From assembly GCF_001949145.1 (NCBI RefSeq), contig NW_019091361.1:2651825-2715824 (forward strand): a stretch of 64,000 nt of DNA, in the 5' to 3' direction. Positions within the stretch are counted from its first letter, which is position 1. Every line of letters begins with the position of its first letter. Below are positions 1-13,174 of the stretch, one piece after another. The notes beneath the pieces were generated by a model. That model did not search any database and was not told the origin of the DNA. It was given only the letters and a program-made list of their open reading frames with translations. The position numbers and the translations under genes were made by a program. The DNA comes from Acanthaster planci (taxonomy: Eukaryota).

Positions 1-290
1 AACAGTGTACTCTGTCCGTCTTCAGGAGACTGCAGGAAACTGACTGGGAGTGGAGCTTATATGGTGTAGAGAGGGATCCAGGTGTAGGGATTAGCTTGAT
101 GAAGCACCAAGGTCAAGTCGTACGAACCCTTAGAAAACACTTCTCTTCACTTCACTGTTCCCGCCTCAACGCTTCACCGAGCTAATCCCTACACCTGGAT
201 CCCTCTCTACACCATATAAGCTCCACTCCCAGTCAGAATCCTGCAGTCTCCTGAAGACGGACAGAGTACATTGTTCGAAACATCGAGCTA
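1..290. mobile_element. Penelope-like terminal inverted repeat with hammerhead motif
   Basis: Arms 1-105 and 171-275 are near-perfect reverse complements; the right arm ends in CTGAAGA-stem-GAAAC-ATC. Confidence 0.65.
245..290 (+). ncRNA. Minimal type I hammerhead ribozyme motif (possibly decayed)
   Basis: ctc-CTGAAGA(251-257)-cggacag/agtaca/ttgttcg stem II-GAAA(277-280)-CA-TC-gag. Confidence 0.5.
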
Positions 291-2176
291 TTCCCCGGTT
301 CTTCTCAGAACCACACATATTCAAGAAAGAGATTTATCCATGGCGTAACTGCAATCGTTTTACTCATATACATGTAGTTCTTTCACCATGAAAACCTTCA
401 AGTCTTAAAACACAAATACACGTACTGCAACATTGGTAAAAACATACATTGTGCCAATGCTACATGTACAATGATCCCTGCTGGTGAAAATTATCCTGTG
501 ATAGGCCTATTGGTAAAACATACATGTAAATGCTACAGTGACCCTCACTGGTGAAAATGATCATACCACGAGCCTATTAGTAAATAATGATCCTGCAATG
601 ACTTCACTACTGGTAAATTTATACATCTACAATGTATGTATGGCAAACCTATTGGTAAAAATGTTTCTATGAAGAGCTTTTGGTAAAAATAATCATACAT
701 GTACCGGTACATGTATGTTGAGCGTATTCTATTAAAATATGCATGAATGACCCCATGATGTACATGTACCCACTGGTAAGTATCACCCCATGATGAGCTT
801 ATAATCAAGTCTATATATCATTTCAGATCCAGTGCACCTGTACTTGTATAATTTGGCTTGACTTTTCTTAGAATGTACGGTAAATCAACTTCCTCTTTTT
901 TCTGTACATGCACACACGTACATCTGGTGATGCTAGGCTTTGTCTGATATAATCACATCATATTCAAGTATTTTGCGAGGGTTTCCTGCCGTACACATTT
1001 CAATCAACTTCACATTGTTACACGTTTACCTGTTGATGCTTCATGTACTGTATATATTTAGGTGGGGGCCACTTTATGTACAGGGTACTGGTACCTCTCA
1101 AAAACAGCGACATTTCAACACCATACAATCGTGTGTCCTGGAGATAATTTCTGCAGGCTTTAATTAGGCGCCGCCCACATTTTGGCCTTAGCTTCATTTA
1201 TTAAAACAGGCATAGGTAAGCCACATGTAAGACCCATTGAAAGCACCTGTATGGGTGTGTATGCACGTGTGTGTAATAGATATGCACTTGATAGAAGCAA
1301 TACAAGATTGCTACAAAAGCGCTCCTTTCAAAGAACTGCATACATTGAAGATATTTCTGGTTGATTAAAGAGGAGACCATTTTCTTTCTTTTTTTCTTCT
1401 ACTGAGTTAACAATGTGAGTTTAATATCATCTTTTTAAAAAAAAAGTCAAAACCTGAAATCACACCCATCAACTCTCTTCTTTTTTATACTGGTCAAACA
1501 CAAATTCGGAATAAATAAATGTGCCTGGCCATAATCATTCCACCCAAAAGGTACAACAAACCCTTCAAATTACAGACTCCTATTTCCTCATTTCTTTCCA
1601 GAGCATGGATATACGTTGCCTAGGGCACTGTGAGCTTTGGGATATTAGAGGTACTGTACATTACATGTTCCTTTGAGGCGACAAATTACTCAAAATCTAA
1701 AAAATGGTACCGAAGGCTGAATTTTCAGCATAGTGCAAACTGTATACTTCTAGGAAAACAATATTCTAGGGATTTCGATTTCAGATCAGAAGTTTGCTGA
1801 GTCAAGTTTCAAATTGTGCCTGAATTCAGTGTCTGGTACACTTTCTCACATTCAGTCAAATGCAGCTACGTGGGTCACACACGGACTCGAATAATAAAGT
1901 AACTGCACACGAGTGGGTTGTGTCATTGCTTGTGCACGCTTCTAATGCCAGTTTTTCAAAACTGCGTCTTCAGACGCTTTGTTGGAAATGGCCTTCGTTC
2001 ATTGTTTTCTTCAAAAGGACAGTTTGTCAGAAAGAATAATTTCACAGGGAGTTTAGTCCTACAACCATCTGCAAACCAAGTGTGCTCTTCGAGAATAATT
2101 TTGTGGGTTACCTTTTTGGTAACTGCCAATGATGGACCTTAAAATCAGAGGAGGTATAAGTGACAAATCAACTCAC

Positions 2177-5100
2177 CGCCTCGTCATCCAGATCCATGTA
2201 GTACATATCGTCGTAGTCTGTGTCATCAGTGTCACATGTGCCATCTGTGTAAACCGATGACGGTGAATGCTGCATGCCAAAGAAGAGAACCTTTCAGTGA
2301 ATACTTACAGAGTAACTCTCTGAAGCTATCTCAAATCTTCAACACTTTGTCAGTACTACGCAATTTGAAATACATATATACAATCATCAGTAATAACAAA
2401 CTTTTATCAGTTTATTTCCTCTCATAAAACTAACCATTAATTCTCGTTCATTAAACTAATTGGAGGATTGATGACTATTGGGGCTGACATGAAAACAAGT
2501 CATTCAAATTGTACCTGTCTACAATTTATGCACTGGTGTAAAACCTACAAAGAACCAGTGACTTACAGGAGGCTGTTCGTCATCTATAACCATCAGATTA
2601 TGGCTCTTCAGTGCACTGGCATCACCCCCTCCTTTATCCTGAATGCTGCTGATGTCTGGAAGACAAACATCAACCGGTTTCCAGTGTTCTGTCGACATCA
2701 AGATAAAACATGGGCAGATTCGTAACATGCACAAATGTAATTCAAATGCACAAAACAGCCTTGGGGGGCAAACACTGAGTATACAGTGTTGTAATACACG
2801 TCGGGCAGGGCCAACAAAAAAAAAAGGTCCAAAATTAATTAACATCTCCCCGGCGTAAATCCATCCTTGGAAATAGTGAACAAAACAGGTTGGAAGCCGC
2901 CAGCTCTGCTTTTGAGTAAAAGACCTTTGAATGAATCATGCACAATAAAACTCATCAGGAACCCTCAACATTTGTGACCAGGAAAAAGTTCATTTCAAAG
3001 ATACCAAACTTTGGATGTGTATCAAAACAAAGACCTCTGTTTGCTCCTTCTAACCGCAAGCTGATGTTAAATTACTGAAAAATGGTCTAAAGACTCATGA
3101 TGTGAGATCCGGTCACAAACGTGAGTTACGCTCGCTTTTTTCTAAACAGTAATTATACAACTAATCTCCAATGTGGGGCCAAGTTAACTTTATTTTATTT
3201 TCAAGTTGCTCAACTTCCCATTAATTGTTACCAATCCGATATGAAAACCCTTTTTTGCAATCAATGCAAGACCGATATGACCTCTGGTAAGAATGCCACA
3301 TCAGCGTAAGCTACAAGCATTTTCACACCTGTTTAAACACATGCACCGTACATGTAAATAATAAATATGAATTGCCATATGAGCTGGATAGCGAAGGACA
3401 CAGCTACAATGTGGTCTAGCCGAAGGAATTTAAAGGTGCCTCAGGCAGCAGCTAGACAATGCCTATTTGACAATGAAGAACGGCCAAAAGATTAAAGGTA
3501 CAGTGTATCAACATTTCAAGAAGGGAACAAAAACTGGAGATCCTGGAGAAAGACCTTTGTGGCATCCAAGACAACCAACCATCTCTACTTACAATGTGGG
3601 CTGGGCTTGGAATTTAACCTGGGACCACAATGGTACAATGGTAAAAGGCAAGCACTGTACACAAAAGCCATCCAAGCTAATCACATCACGTACATGTACC
3701 AACTCTTGTCATATTCCATACCCCCAAAAATGGCCTTGCAATGTCAAATCATGGCAATTGAAAAACCAAATTCAAACAGGACGGTCAGGAGTACTGCACA
3801 AATCTGGTAAAACCTGAACTCACCACTAGCCATCCTGGTGAACACAACCGGTATCCTTTCCCGAATGATTTCAGGTTTGTCCGGGAAGTTTAGGCATGTA
3901 AGAGCACTATTATCTATCCAAAACAGACAAAGGAAAGGAAAGGAGAGAAAATGAGGACATCTGCAACACTGTCTATGAATGTACATGAATGTTTCACTTT
4001 CGATTCACCAGAAAAAGTGATGCAATTGTGTATGTACAGCCACTGCACCTATGACCTTCACTTCTGAGCAAATTACATGTACCTACGGCACTTCAAATTT
4101 CTTTTTTTTTTTTTTTTGGTGGTTGTTTTCATTTACACCGTAAAATTAAATTTTAAACTCAAAATAGGATAGTCTCAAAGTTAATGGTACCCATCAAATT
4201 AACACTGGCAGTATTAACTACGAGAACCTAGCAATTGAGGCATTTTACATGTACTAAAATTCTAGTCCTTCAGTTCCATGGTACTCTATCTTTCATGGAA
4301 TTCACTGGGAATAAGATGAGTTACAATTTACATGAATAATTTTCTTTTACTAGAAAACAAAAGATTCTCCATTTCTCCATTACATGAACTACCCCGAGCG
4401 TACTCATGCAAGGCTGCACAACCATTATTGATTTAATACTCAAGTGACTTCTTGCACTTACTCAGGCCTGGTCAAAGTAACTGACCCACTGAGTTGGTTT
4501 AACTCAAGAAGCATCCTATAATACTCTGTGAAAACATGGTGACTTACTAAAATGATATGAAGGAAAGTTTACATCATTGTCAATTGTAAATGTCCGAAGG
4601 AAATACAGATATAACCAAACGGTCCAAAATACGAAATCCTGCCAGAGGTTTCTCCTCTATTTTGTGTGTGTGTGTGTGAATACATGTATGTGTTGTCACA
4701 TGACCTTTGTATACACGTACATATCTGATCAAAAGCTGATGATGGCAGGACAAATTGATCATGCTGGAAAGTTTTGGTCCTGTGGCCTTATTTCATGCAC
4801 TGGCCCGATATCCTGATCTCAGCTGAATCTTTCTCAACAAAGTAAACTCTTTTTCACCTGCACTGAGAAAGATTCAGCAAATGGTGAGACAATCAGGCCC
4901 TCAAACCTTATCAAGCTTTACCGGTTTCAGGTAACTCCAGACAGTAAGTAGGTTTGTAGCTGCAGCTTAAATTCTTTTGTTGTTTCAAATGGTAGAAACA
5001 CTTTGCACTGCTGTCATTGGCAAAGCTACAGTGCATAGGTACATGTATAGTCTCCAAACTGATACATATCGTTCCTCTTTCCAAAGAAGAATACTGCTTT

Positions 5101-8100
5101 CTTTTGTTGAGATAGCAACATGCTAGTCATGTTTGATCACTGAGACAGGGCTGTTTGATTTAAATCAATATCAAAAATATTTAAAATCACTGAGAAAAAG
5201 TATAAAATTCTTTTTTTCTGTATTATTTTTGGGGAAAAAAATCTGTGATTCAAACATACACATACGGTACATGTACACTTACATGTATATAAAACTCTAT
5301 TGTAAATTGCTTAACTCTACAATGAAGTACTACCAAGGAAGGTTTTCTGAAATAATGTGTTACGCTTTTCCAGGAAATTAACCTCATACAATCTTGTGCA
5401 CAATGCATACATACATGTACATGTGTGATACAGTATGCTGCAGCAATGCATTACCAGTTTCACTGCTCTATGTTATATGTTCTACATGTAACTGGTGTCC
5501 ACTATATAATACAGTGCCCATGTGCACACAATGTACATGTATGTACTTCCTCCTCTTGGCATTATGAAAATGCTGTCATTAATGAGTTCCTCCACTGGTT
5601 TCGATCCTTTGCAATCCATCTAAACTGACTCTTGTATGGCTTGGCTGCATGTGCTACATGTATGTCTGTCCCAGTAAACATAGAGACAACATGGATACCA
5701 GAGAGATCATATGGTGTAAGTCAAACTACATAAATGTATTCTTGCAAAGAATGGTTAATACTCGACTTTGGACAACAGTCATTTAAATTAACTTATTTTA
5801 AACCAATGTTTTAAGCAAAATAGTAAATGGCAAAATAAATAAATTCCAACTCGGATGAAAATTCTATTTAATCTTGCTTTTCTTATTGCAAAAATGATTT
5901 GTAATAACCCTGCACCGAGGATAGGGCACTTTCATGTACTACCAACGACAAAAAAATTGGAGTGAAACACGTACAATACAGTAAAGCTTTGAAAAACACA
6001 ACACAAATTTCACCCAGAAAAAGATAAAAACTTATCTACATGTACATCTAGACACAAACCTGGATAATCTTCGGTGACGTTAAAGGTATAGGCAGCCAAT
6101 TCCCCATTCACGTTGAGAACGAAACTGAAAGAATTTTTGCTATGCTCAAAATCTGGAAGAAACAGCAAGAAAGGCATGCTGAAAGAAAGCTACACGTATG
6201 TTAATTGTGAAAGAAGCGTGAAGGGTCCAAGATACATGTAACATGCATCGTCTCACTATTGAAGGTAACTTAAAATCTTGCAATGGCAGGTTAAACATGA
6301 ATGGTTAGATTTCATCAAAGACTCGCTGAATCACTTCAAGCCTACTGCATATGACAGGCAAAAGGTTCCTAATGATATTTTTTATACCAATATTCTAAGT
6401 GTTTCAAAGATGGATTTGCACCGGGAAGATGTAAATTAATTTTTGATTTTGCCCTGCCCAATGTGTATTAAACACTGTATATTCAGTGTATGCCCCTGAA
6501 GGCTTGTGAAAAAAAAACCACAAGTGTACTCGGATGGGACTCGAACCCACGACCTTCTGCTTGCTAGTGCAGATGTCTGAACCACTCGACCTCCGGGCCT
6601 GCCGGTGTCAGCTGGCTGGTTCAAATCAGATGTAGCAGCGAGTATTGCAAACAACTACATTGTGCCTTAATTCTAAGTGTGCAGTGAAATTTGTGCAATG
6701 CCAGTGAATACCTTCAAATCTCGCTCCTCTACGCAATGTCACTGACAACTGAATTGTGGCTCCAACTCAAGTGAATGAATTTTATTTGTAGTAAGTTGGA
6801 ATGCATTGTTTACTGTTTTCAAATTAACAGACTCCATCATCCAACATCCATGTACATGTACATTGTACGTTACTCCAAACTATAGCAGGAATCCAACATA
6901 AAGTGGGGACAGTTCCAACTACATGTACGGGCAGGTTTGATTAAGAGCCAAAAGTTTCAATGTACAAAATGTAACTAGTGGTTGATTTGCCACGTACGTA
7001 GTGCTTGTGCAGTGAAGTGGTTGTGAGAACGACGCTAGTCAACCGTTGTCAGGTCGTTAGGTCGAAGGGTAGTTAAGGTGGCCGCAGGATGGGCAAAATA
7101 GCAAAAATTACAGTGAAAATGGTCGTTTACTGTTTTTCTGGCATTTTTCATATAACTGATCCTCTCCGCACAGTGCTATTAAAATGGTTTATGGCAACCA
7201 ACGACGTGACCAAAGATCGTATAGCACCACGATCTTTGGAAGAGACCAACCTCGGTAGGCTGGTCACAAATAGTTGACTAGTGGTCACTACTAGTACTTA
7301 CAAGTAGTACTACCGGTATATACATGTACACATATTTTGCAAAACAAATGTTTACTAAACAATGCAGAATGGAAATAAAAGAGAATTTGGTTTCGCTGGT
7401 TCCTGTCATAGAGTTTGAACCTCTGGTTTCGAATGCTGCTTCAAAACGGATGGAACCAGGGAAACGGATCTCAGCTGAATCCACTTATTTCAAAAGTGCC
7501 CTTAGTTTGACAACAATCTCTGCAGACCTTACTCGGACAACAGTTTATCAAAAATACTTTACAAATCACTTTTTTTAACAATTGAGAAAGACGATTCGTA
7601 GCGTCATAACTCACAGTTACTAAGTAAACTGCAGAGCAGAATTCAAGATTTGGGCCCTGGTTGGGGATTTCATCAATAAGCACTGAGGAAGCAAAGACAG
7701 GGTTATCTGTCTCGTTTGTTCTTACCATGCAGATTGCAAATGGAAAACTAGCAAGGAAAAATACATCCAAGTTTCAAGTAGGTTCGAGTCCTACCCAAGT
7801 AAGCTTGTGAATTTTTTCACAAGCTCCAAGACAAACACTGAGTATACAGTGTTTATGAACATACGTTGGTGTAAGGGCAAAACCTATTAATTAAAATTAA
7901 CATCTTCCTGATCCAAAGTACATGGACGCCTAGGCCCTAGCATGCCTATGTAGGCCGAGACATCTTGCATGCTAAAGTGCGTGACCGTGAACATGTAGGC
8001 CTAGTTACCAGGTCCCTTATTTTGCCACTTAAGCCTACTGTTTAAACCAAACAGACTTTGATGATAGGTGGCGAAATTACTGAACTTAGCAACTACACGG

Positions 8101-8489
8101 TAACGCACGTTAGGCCTTAAGCCTTTGCCTAGTTCACAAAGGTTCATGCATTACAAAGGTATTATGAATTTGAACTTTTTTAACAAAGAGCTTTGACAAC
8201 AATTCATGAGGAAAGTTGGGGGAAACGTTGAACATGAACACGTTGAAGTGTCAAGAGTCATGTGACGTGTATCCCGCCTTCTTGGGCCTAATGTCTGAAC
8301 GTTAGGCCTAAAACTAGTACGACCGGCTAGTAGCTAATGCTAGTAAGTAGTACTCAGCACTTGACTGTTGCATAGGCAGAGGCATGCAGATTGCCGCATC
8401 TTACTTTTGAAGGGGCACGCTGGATCTCTTATACAGACGTCGATGACAGACTCAATGTCACGGGCCAATAATTCTCGTCTCCAGGACAT
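2177..8489 (-). CDS. PARP8: PARP8/PARP6-family mono-ADP-ribosyltransferase, 5' exons only (gene continues past left edge)
   Basis: GT-AG exons in consistent phase: 8489-8405, 7747-7726 (22-nt micro-exon, less certain), 6124-6060, 3913-3824, 2655-2567, 2269-2177. Translation MSWRRELLARDIESVIDVCIRDPACPFK-IFHLQSAC-FVLNVNGELAAYTFNVTEDYPD-NSALTCLNFPDKPEIIRERIPVVFTRMAS...DTDDTDYDDMYY resembles the recalled PARP8 N-terminus (RQERIQKDIDVVI...YSVHVSEDYPDN...EPIPVIFHRIA...acidic DSEEFYY). Catalytic domain is not in the window. Confidence 0.75.
2762..2872 (+). mobile_element. SINE 3' fragment, same family
   Basis: cactgagtatacagtgttgtaatacac...gggcagggc...attaacatctccccggcgtaaatccatc matches the body of the 6405-6650 copy. 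Confidence 0.6.
6405..6650 (-). mobile_element. tRNA-derived SINE, most complete copy
   Basis: tRNA-like head with B box GGTTCGAGTCC (6547-6537) followed by a body (cactgaatatacagtg...catcttcccggtgcaaatccatc) shared with the copies at ~2765 and ~7780. Confidence 0.7.
7778..7916 (+). mobile_element. tRNA-derived SINE, 5'-truncated copy
   Basis: GGTTCGAGTCC at 7781-7791, then ttttttcacaagc...cactgagtatacagtgtt...ttaacatcttcc as in the 6405-6650 copy. Confidence 0.65.
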
Positions 8490-8719
8490 TCTAGACGGAG
8501 TCTATCCCGTACTCTACGCGACTTCCTGATCACGTCGCATATAAATCATGTAAATAATCGCAACAGCGCCGACTTGCAAATGCAGAACGAAGTCGCATAT
8601 AAACATCGCAACAAAAAAAAAAAATTGTCCGTCTTCCCAATCACGAAAACAAGCCATTCACGAACGGAACATGTTCATACGCCCATGTGGAAAAGTGACC
8701 AATTATTGTCCAGAGCTAC

Positions 8720-8963
8720 CCACTGACGTATATAAAAAATCTGGACTCCCAATGCCCTTAATCAGCTTAGACAGGTCTCTGAATCCACTAACGGCCATTT
8801 TACCGAGCCGAATACAAAGCTTGCCCGGCAATGCCCGCCCTTGTTCTCCCTGGCGTCAATAGAAACGAGCTTACCTGCGCATTTGTATTCGGCTCGGTAA
8901 AATGGCCGCTGGTTGGCTTCTAAAAGGCGTTGCAAGTCCAGATTTTTTTATATACGTCCGTGG
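8720..8963. mobile_element. MITE-like nested inverted repeat upstream of PARP8-like start
   Basis: Outer IR ccactgacgtatataaaaaatctggact / agtccagatttttttatatacgtccgtgg; inner IR cggccattttaccgagccgaatacaaa / tttgtattcggctcggtaaaatggccg. Confidence 0.7.
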
Positions 8964-10041
8964 TGCTACCTGGCTCCCCATACTACGGCGCAGTGCTTGT
9001 GACGTAGCAAGGTCATTTGAACCCCCCCCCAGGTTTTCAGTTTTCTAGCTTCCTGAAATACGAAGATACTGAATATCCACCTACATTTAAACTATTAGCT
9101 CTGATATAGCCTTCTACCCCCCTCACTTTTGGCAGCGGGGGGGGGGGTGCCTCATGAGCTATTTTGGGAATAAGGTCTTTACCACCTCCCCTCAACAATA
9201 AATCCTGTATACACCAACTTGAATGTCTCAGCATCCGTAATGAAAGGTAGACAGGGATTTTCCTCCTGTCATCCCATCACTGTAAACAAGGCACTTGCAC
9301 AATAAAATCGGCATCTGATGATGTGAACTGATGAGGGAGCTGGAATCTCCCTCTGCCGTCGTCCAGAATGCTACGCCGGCCGCTGTATTTCTCATGGTAA
9401 TTAACGTTTGTAGTAGCATTTGATTCCGTGCTGGAGAGCTGCGGTACTTTTAGAAGCACTGTAGTTCATTAATTATTTAATTAGAATACTCGGAATGTTG
9501 CAAAATAATTCTTAAATTCGTAGTTCGCCCTCCCCATCAGAAGTGCATTTCAAGGGGCTCATTTAATTTCATAAAGCAGACTGAGAAGGAACAGAAAAAG
9601 AGATAAGGTCACTGCCAAATGGTGGGTGTACTTCTGCCCTGTTAGAAGGTCAGAATTACTTCACCCTATAATGCCGCCTGCCAAGCCGAAAAAGTCTCTT
9701 GGTCTTTTCCGGACACAGACGCCTCCAACACCCAAGAACCAATTCACCGCGATAGAACATCTGGCTTTCTTCATATCTGGAACCGAAATTAGGGAGGAGC
9801 TTAATTCCCGTACTACAACAGGCTCAGTTTCTTGGGGAAGGGGTTAGGACGTCTGTACATGTGCCTAGTGTTGCATGCATGGCGGGGCGGCGGGGTTACG
9901 AATCGTCGTGTACCTGAGGAGTATGGGGGCGTATTTCGTTGCTACATGTATTATGCATACACCATGCGTACCTACAGAGGGACGAAGCTAAGGCGATCGG
10001 ATGCATAGACGAATGCTGAAGGTTTTACCAACTACTTCTGG

Positions 10042-10155
10042 TGGCCCCCTTGAATGGTGGTGAGCACTGTGTTGGGTTTTGTATGGAGACACTGTAACGG
10101 AATAGTGGCACCAGTGTGGCAGTCACAGTGCTTACCCCGTCATTGAAGGGGGCCA
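10042..10155. repeat. Short foldback element
   Basis: tggcccccttgaatgg..gtgagcactgtg / cacagtgcttacccc..cattgaagggggcca. Confidence 0.55.
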
Positions 10156-11824
10156 TTACAAATAACCTGTGATGGCGTTACCATGGTCACCAGAATTGTC
10201 TATAGGTGTATCATTTTTACACAGAGCGAAAAACTTGCTTTCCTTGAGTTGGTGTACTTTCGACCGCTAGTAGCTTTTATGCATCGAAAATCGCAACTGG
10301 TATGCTGCACTGAAAAAGTGGAAGACGTCAAAAAAAATACTGAATGTTCTCACATGACAGGGTTGGAATTATTCGCTCGATTGTCCGTAGCCCTTGCATA
10401 CGGGCGCCGGGAGTGGTTTGCCATTTCAAAACAGACGAAAAAAATTATCCATATGGTATCTAGTATGGAACATTGCAGGTTTTAGACAGCAAGTTCACTA
10501 TGCTTTGCGCATCTGTAATTGTGACGCCTTTCCTTCAGGAAATGTCATGGATGATATTTCACCACAGACATAAAAATACCGGCAGTACTCTTCCCGGCGG
10601 TGGGGAAAGCGAATAGGGCTAGGGAAATGTACGTATGCACCGAGTATGCAAAAAATAATTTATCATTAACAAGAAATAGAAGAAAGTATCCCATTTTGTA
10701 CACAGCACCCTTACGGTCCAGACAATTAAAACTTCTTTTTGTTCAACTTCATGCTCTTCTGTAGTGTACGAAAATAATTTGACATGCTTTGGGGGTACCG
10801 TGTACTTAAACACCGCACTTAAAAACATAATTCTTTCTGCTGTCCCGCCGGAGGGCGTTTTTGCCGAGATGTCAGTGAAACGGCTCACTTATACTTGTCG
10901 TGTACTCGACACAAAATTTGAAAGGAAGAACTGCAAAATATTTAATTGTCCAGCTTTTGCGCATAAATCGATGCAACACTGAGTCTTGTCCACGAAATGA
11001 CCCACAGTTTAGCTCATGATTATGGACATACTGCATATTAGCTCATGATTATGGACATCTGCATAGCATAAATACCAAAAAAGGGCAACAAAAGGCCTTT
11101 TAAAATAGCAACACAAAACTGAAAATAAGGTTTAATTGAAACACGGGGGTACATTTCAAGGGTTTAGTTAAAACAACCCTGCCTTGCATAATCCTTTAAG
11201 GGTGTCAAGTTGGGGACAACTGTATTTAAACAAAATCTACATAGACACTTTTTTTTGAAAGAATTTCCAGAATGACGGTGGTAATCAACTGGGAAAACTA
11301 CAGTGTAAAAATGAAAAAAAAAACCTCTTCGATAACCAGGTTTAAGACTAGGGTTAAAAGTGGAATAGACTGCCTTAAGTACAAAACCGAAAGTTAATTT
11401 ACAAAGTGTTAAAAATCTCATGTAAATATTAAGACATTAGTTAATGAAAACTTTAACAAAATAATACAGAAAATGCCTCCCAAAGGCAGTTAACGCCAAC
11501 AAAGTAAAATGTGCGAGGCAAAAATGGAGGAAGATGTTTGTGAACAAAAGAGGAATTAAGTTGTGTCCCCCACAACAGCAATTCAGATATCTACCCAATT
11601 CGTAAGTGGGAAGGCCATTTGCAAATTCACGACCATTTACGAATACATGGTCTCCGACGATGATCTCATTTTTCACTGAAAAAGTATTAATTATGTGAGT
11701 TATAATTCTAATAACAAACACAAATTGGGAAATAGAAATATAAATATTTGAAAATTTGAGAAAATAAAGTTATGAATTTAACATTAACAGACGACGTCCC
11801 AAAAAGTACATTGGCCTCTTGAGA

Positions 11825-11926
11825 GCGCATGCGCAGTGATGTAGATTTAGTGTGGCAGCCATTGTAATTTGTACATGTCATTTTGCAGCAGAATATTCGG
11901 CAAAAATACGACTTTGTTCAGGAAAG
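11825..11926 (+). promoter_or_regulatory. Probable BTBD1/2 promoter and non-coding first exon
   Basis: NRF1-type palindrome GCGCATGCGC at 11825-11834, YY1-like GCAGCCATT, strong donor AAG|GTATGT after 11926; matching acceptor ttttggttcAG ends at 13121. Confidence 0.55.
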
Positions 11927-13174
11927 GTATGTCATTTAATTATATTCAGGAAAGAGTTCCATAGGCTATACGGACAAGGGTAGCAGCTGATGTCCCTACC
12001 CATGAGACTTGTTTGAAAAAACCTAGGGCCTAGGTATAACATGGAGAAATTTGTAGGTGTTTTCTAAAAATCTAAACATGCTATAAAAAAGCTTGTCTGC
12101 TTCAGAATTTTCTTTGCTAGGCCAAACATTAACAAGTAACATGGCTAAATTTCACTTTTAATCACCCTAGGCATGCTAGGCCTAATATAGCATGTTTAGG
12201 CTGAGACAAGTTAGGCCTATGCCCTATCTCTTTCTGACGGCTGTTAATTGTTACATTTTATGGGTAAATAAGTGTTGTCCGTATACTATAGCCTATAGTA
12301 TAGGCCTAGGCCTAGAACTCTTTTGTCTTTGTATTTCTCATTTTCATGTGGCAGTCATGCTATTTAGGCCTTGCGTCAACAAGTGTCAACACATACAACA
12401 AGCGTCAACAAAGCGTCAACAATTTAAAAATACCCTCTAAAGATTTAAAAGTGGTTTTATCATATTTTTGAGACTCTAACACCTGCCACTTTGTAAGAGA
12501 AACATCGACTTTGCTTCCAGATTCACGCAGAAAAACAAAACTTTTTCGTGATGCATGGAGGCTGCCATCTTTACTCTACCATCCATGTGAAAACAAGGTG
12601 GCGGCTGGTCGGGCAGCAAGAGCAGGCCCGAATTTGTCGCTCAAATTTCCACACTCAAATATCATTTTCGATAACGTGATACATTGAATATGATATGTAG
12701 GAGCCTTATTAATTTTGTTGACGCTCATTGACGCTAAATAGCATGACCCTCATGTGGCTTTTGGTGTTTAGAATAGGACCCCCTTTTTTGCTGTGAAATG
12801 CCGTTAGTAATGTGCACTGCTTTATCTACCTAGCCTACTCGCATGACTAAGGCTGATGACGATTTGGGCCTGTGACTAAGTCACATGGAGATGGCCATTT
12901 TCTCATTTTCTGAGTAATTGCAGGATACGTGTACCCAGATGATCAGATAGTGCACATGGGAAGATATAATGCATGTAGTGAAAAGACTTTAACAATCAAT
13001 ATTCATAAGTGTGATGCTTAATTCATATCGTTTAGAATTTAAGTTTCAGTGTTATATTTCACATAGCCAGGCTGAAAAATCTGGAAGTTTTATCTTTTGT
13101 CATGTTTGTTTTTTGGTTCAGACTCATGCTCCTGAGTGACTGTGTTTGTCTTCAAAGGCTTGTATGAGCTTGTA

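Noticed and set aside
430..790. Recurrent tggtaaaa..atacatgta units
   Set aside because: Highly degenerate minisatellite-like sequence with no definable period or function.
2515..2544. 30-nt exon-like segment (AG...GT, VLHQCINCRQ) on the minus strand in PARP8-like
   Set aside because: Only 22 nt from the upstream donor at 2566, too short for an intron; spliced from exon 4 it hits a stop.
4922..4959. 38-nt AG/GT-bounded segment (YKPTYCLELPET) with the same phases as PARP8-like exon 3
   Set aside because: The exon at 6124-6060 carries the conserved EDYP motif; this one has a poor acceptor and no similarity. An alternative exon cannot be excluded without RNA data.
6530..6605. tRNA gene
   Set aside because: Imperfect cloverleaf followed by a body shared with two other copies, so it is a SINE head.
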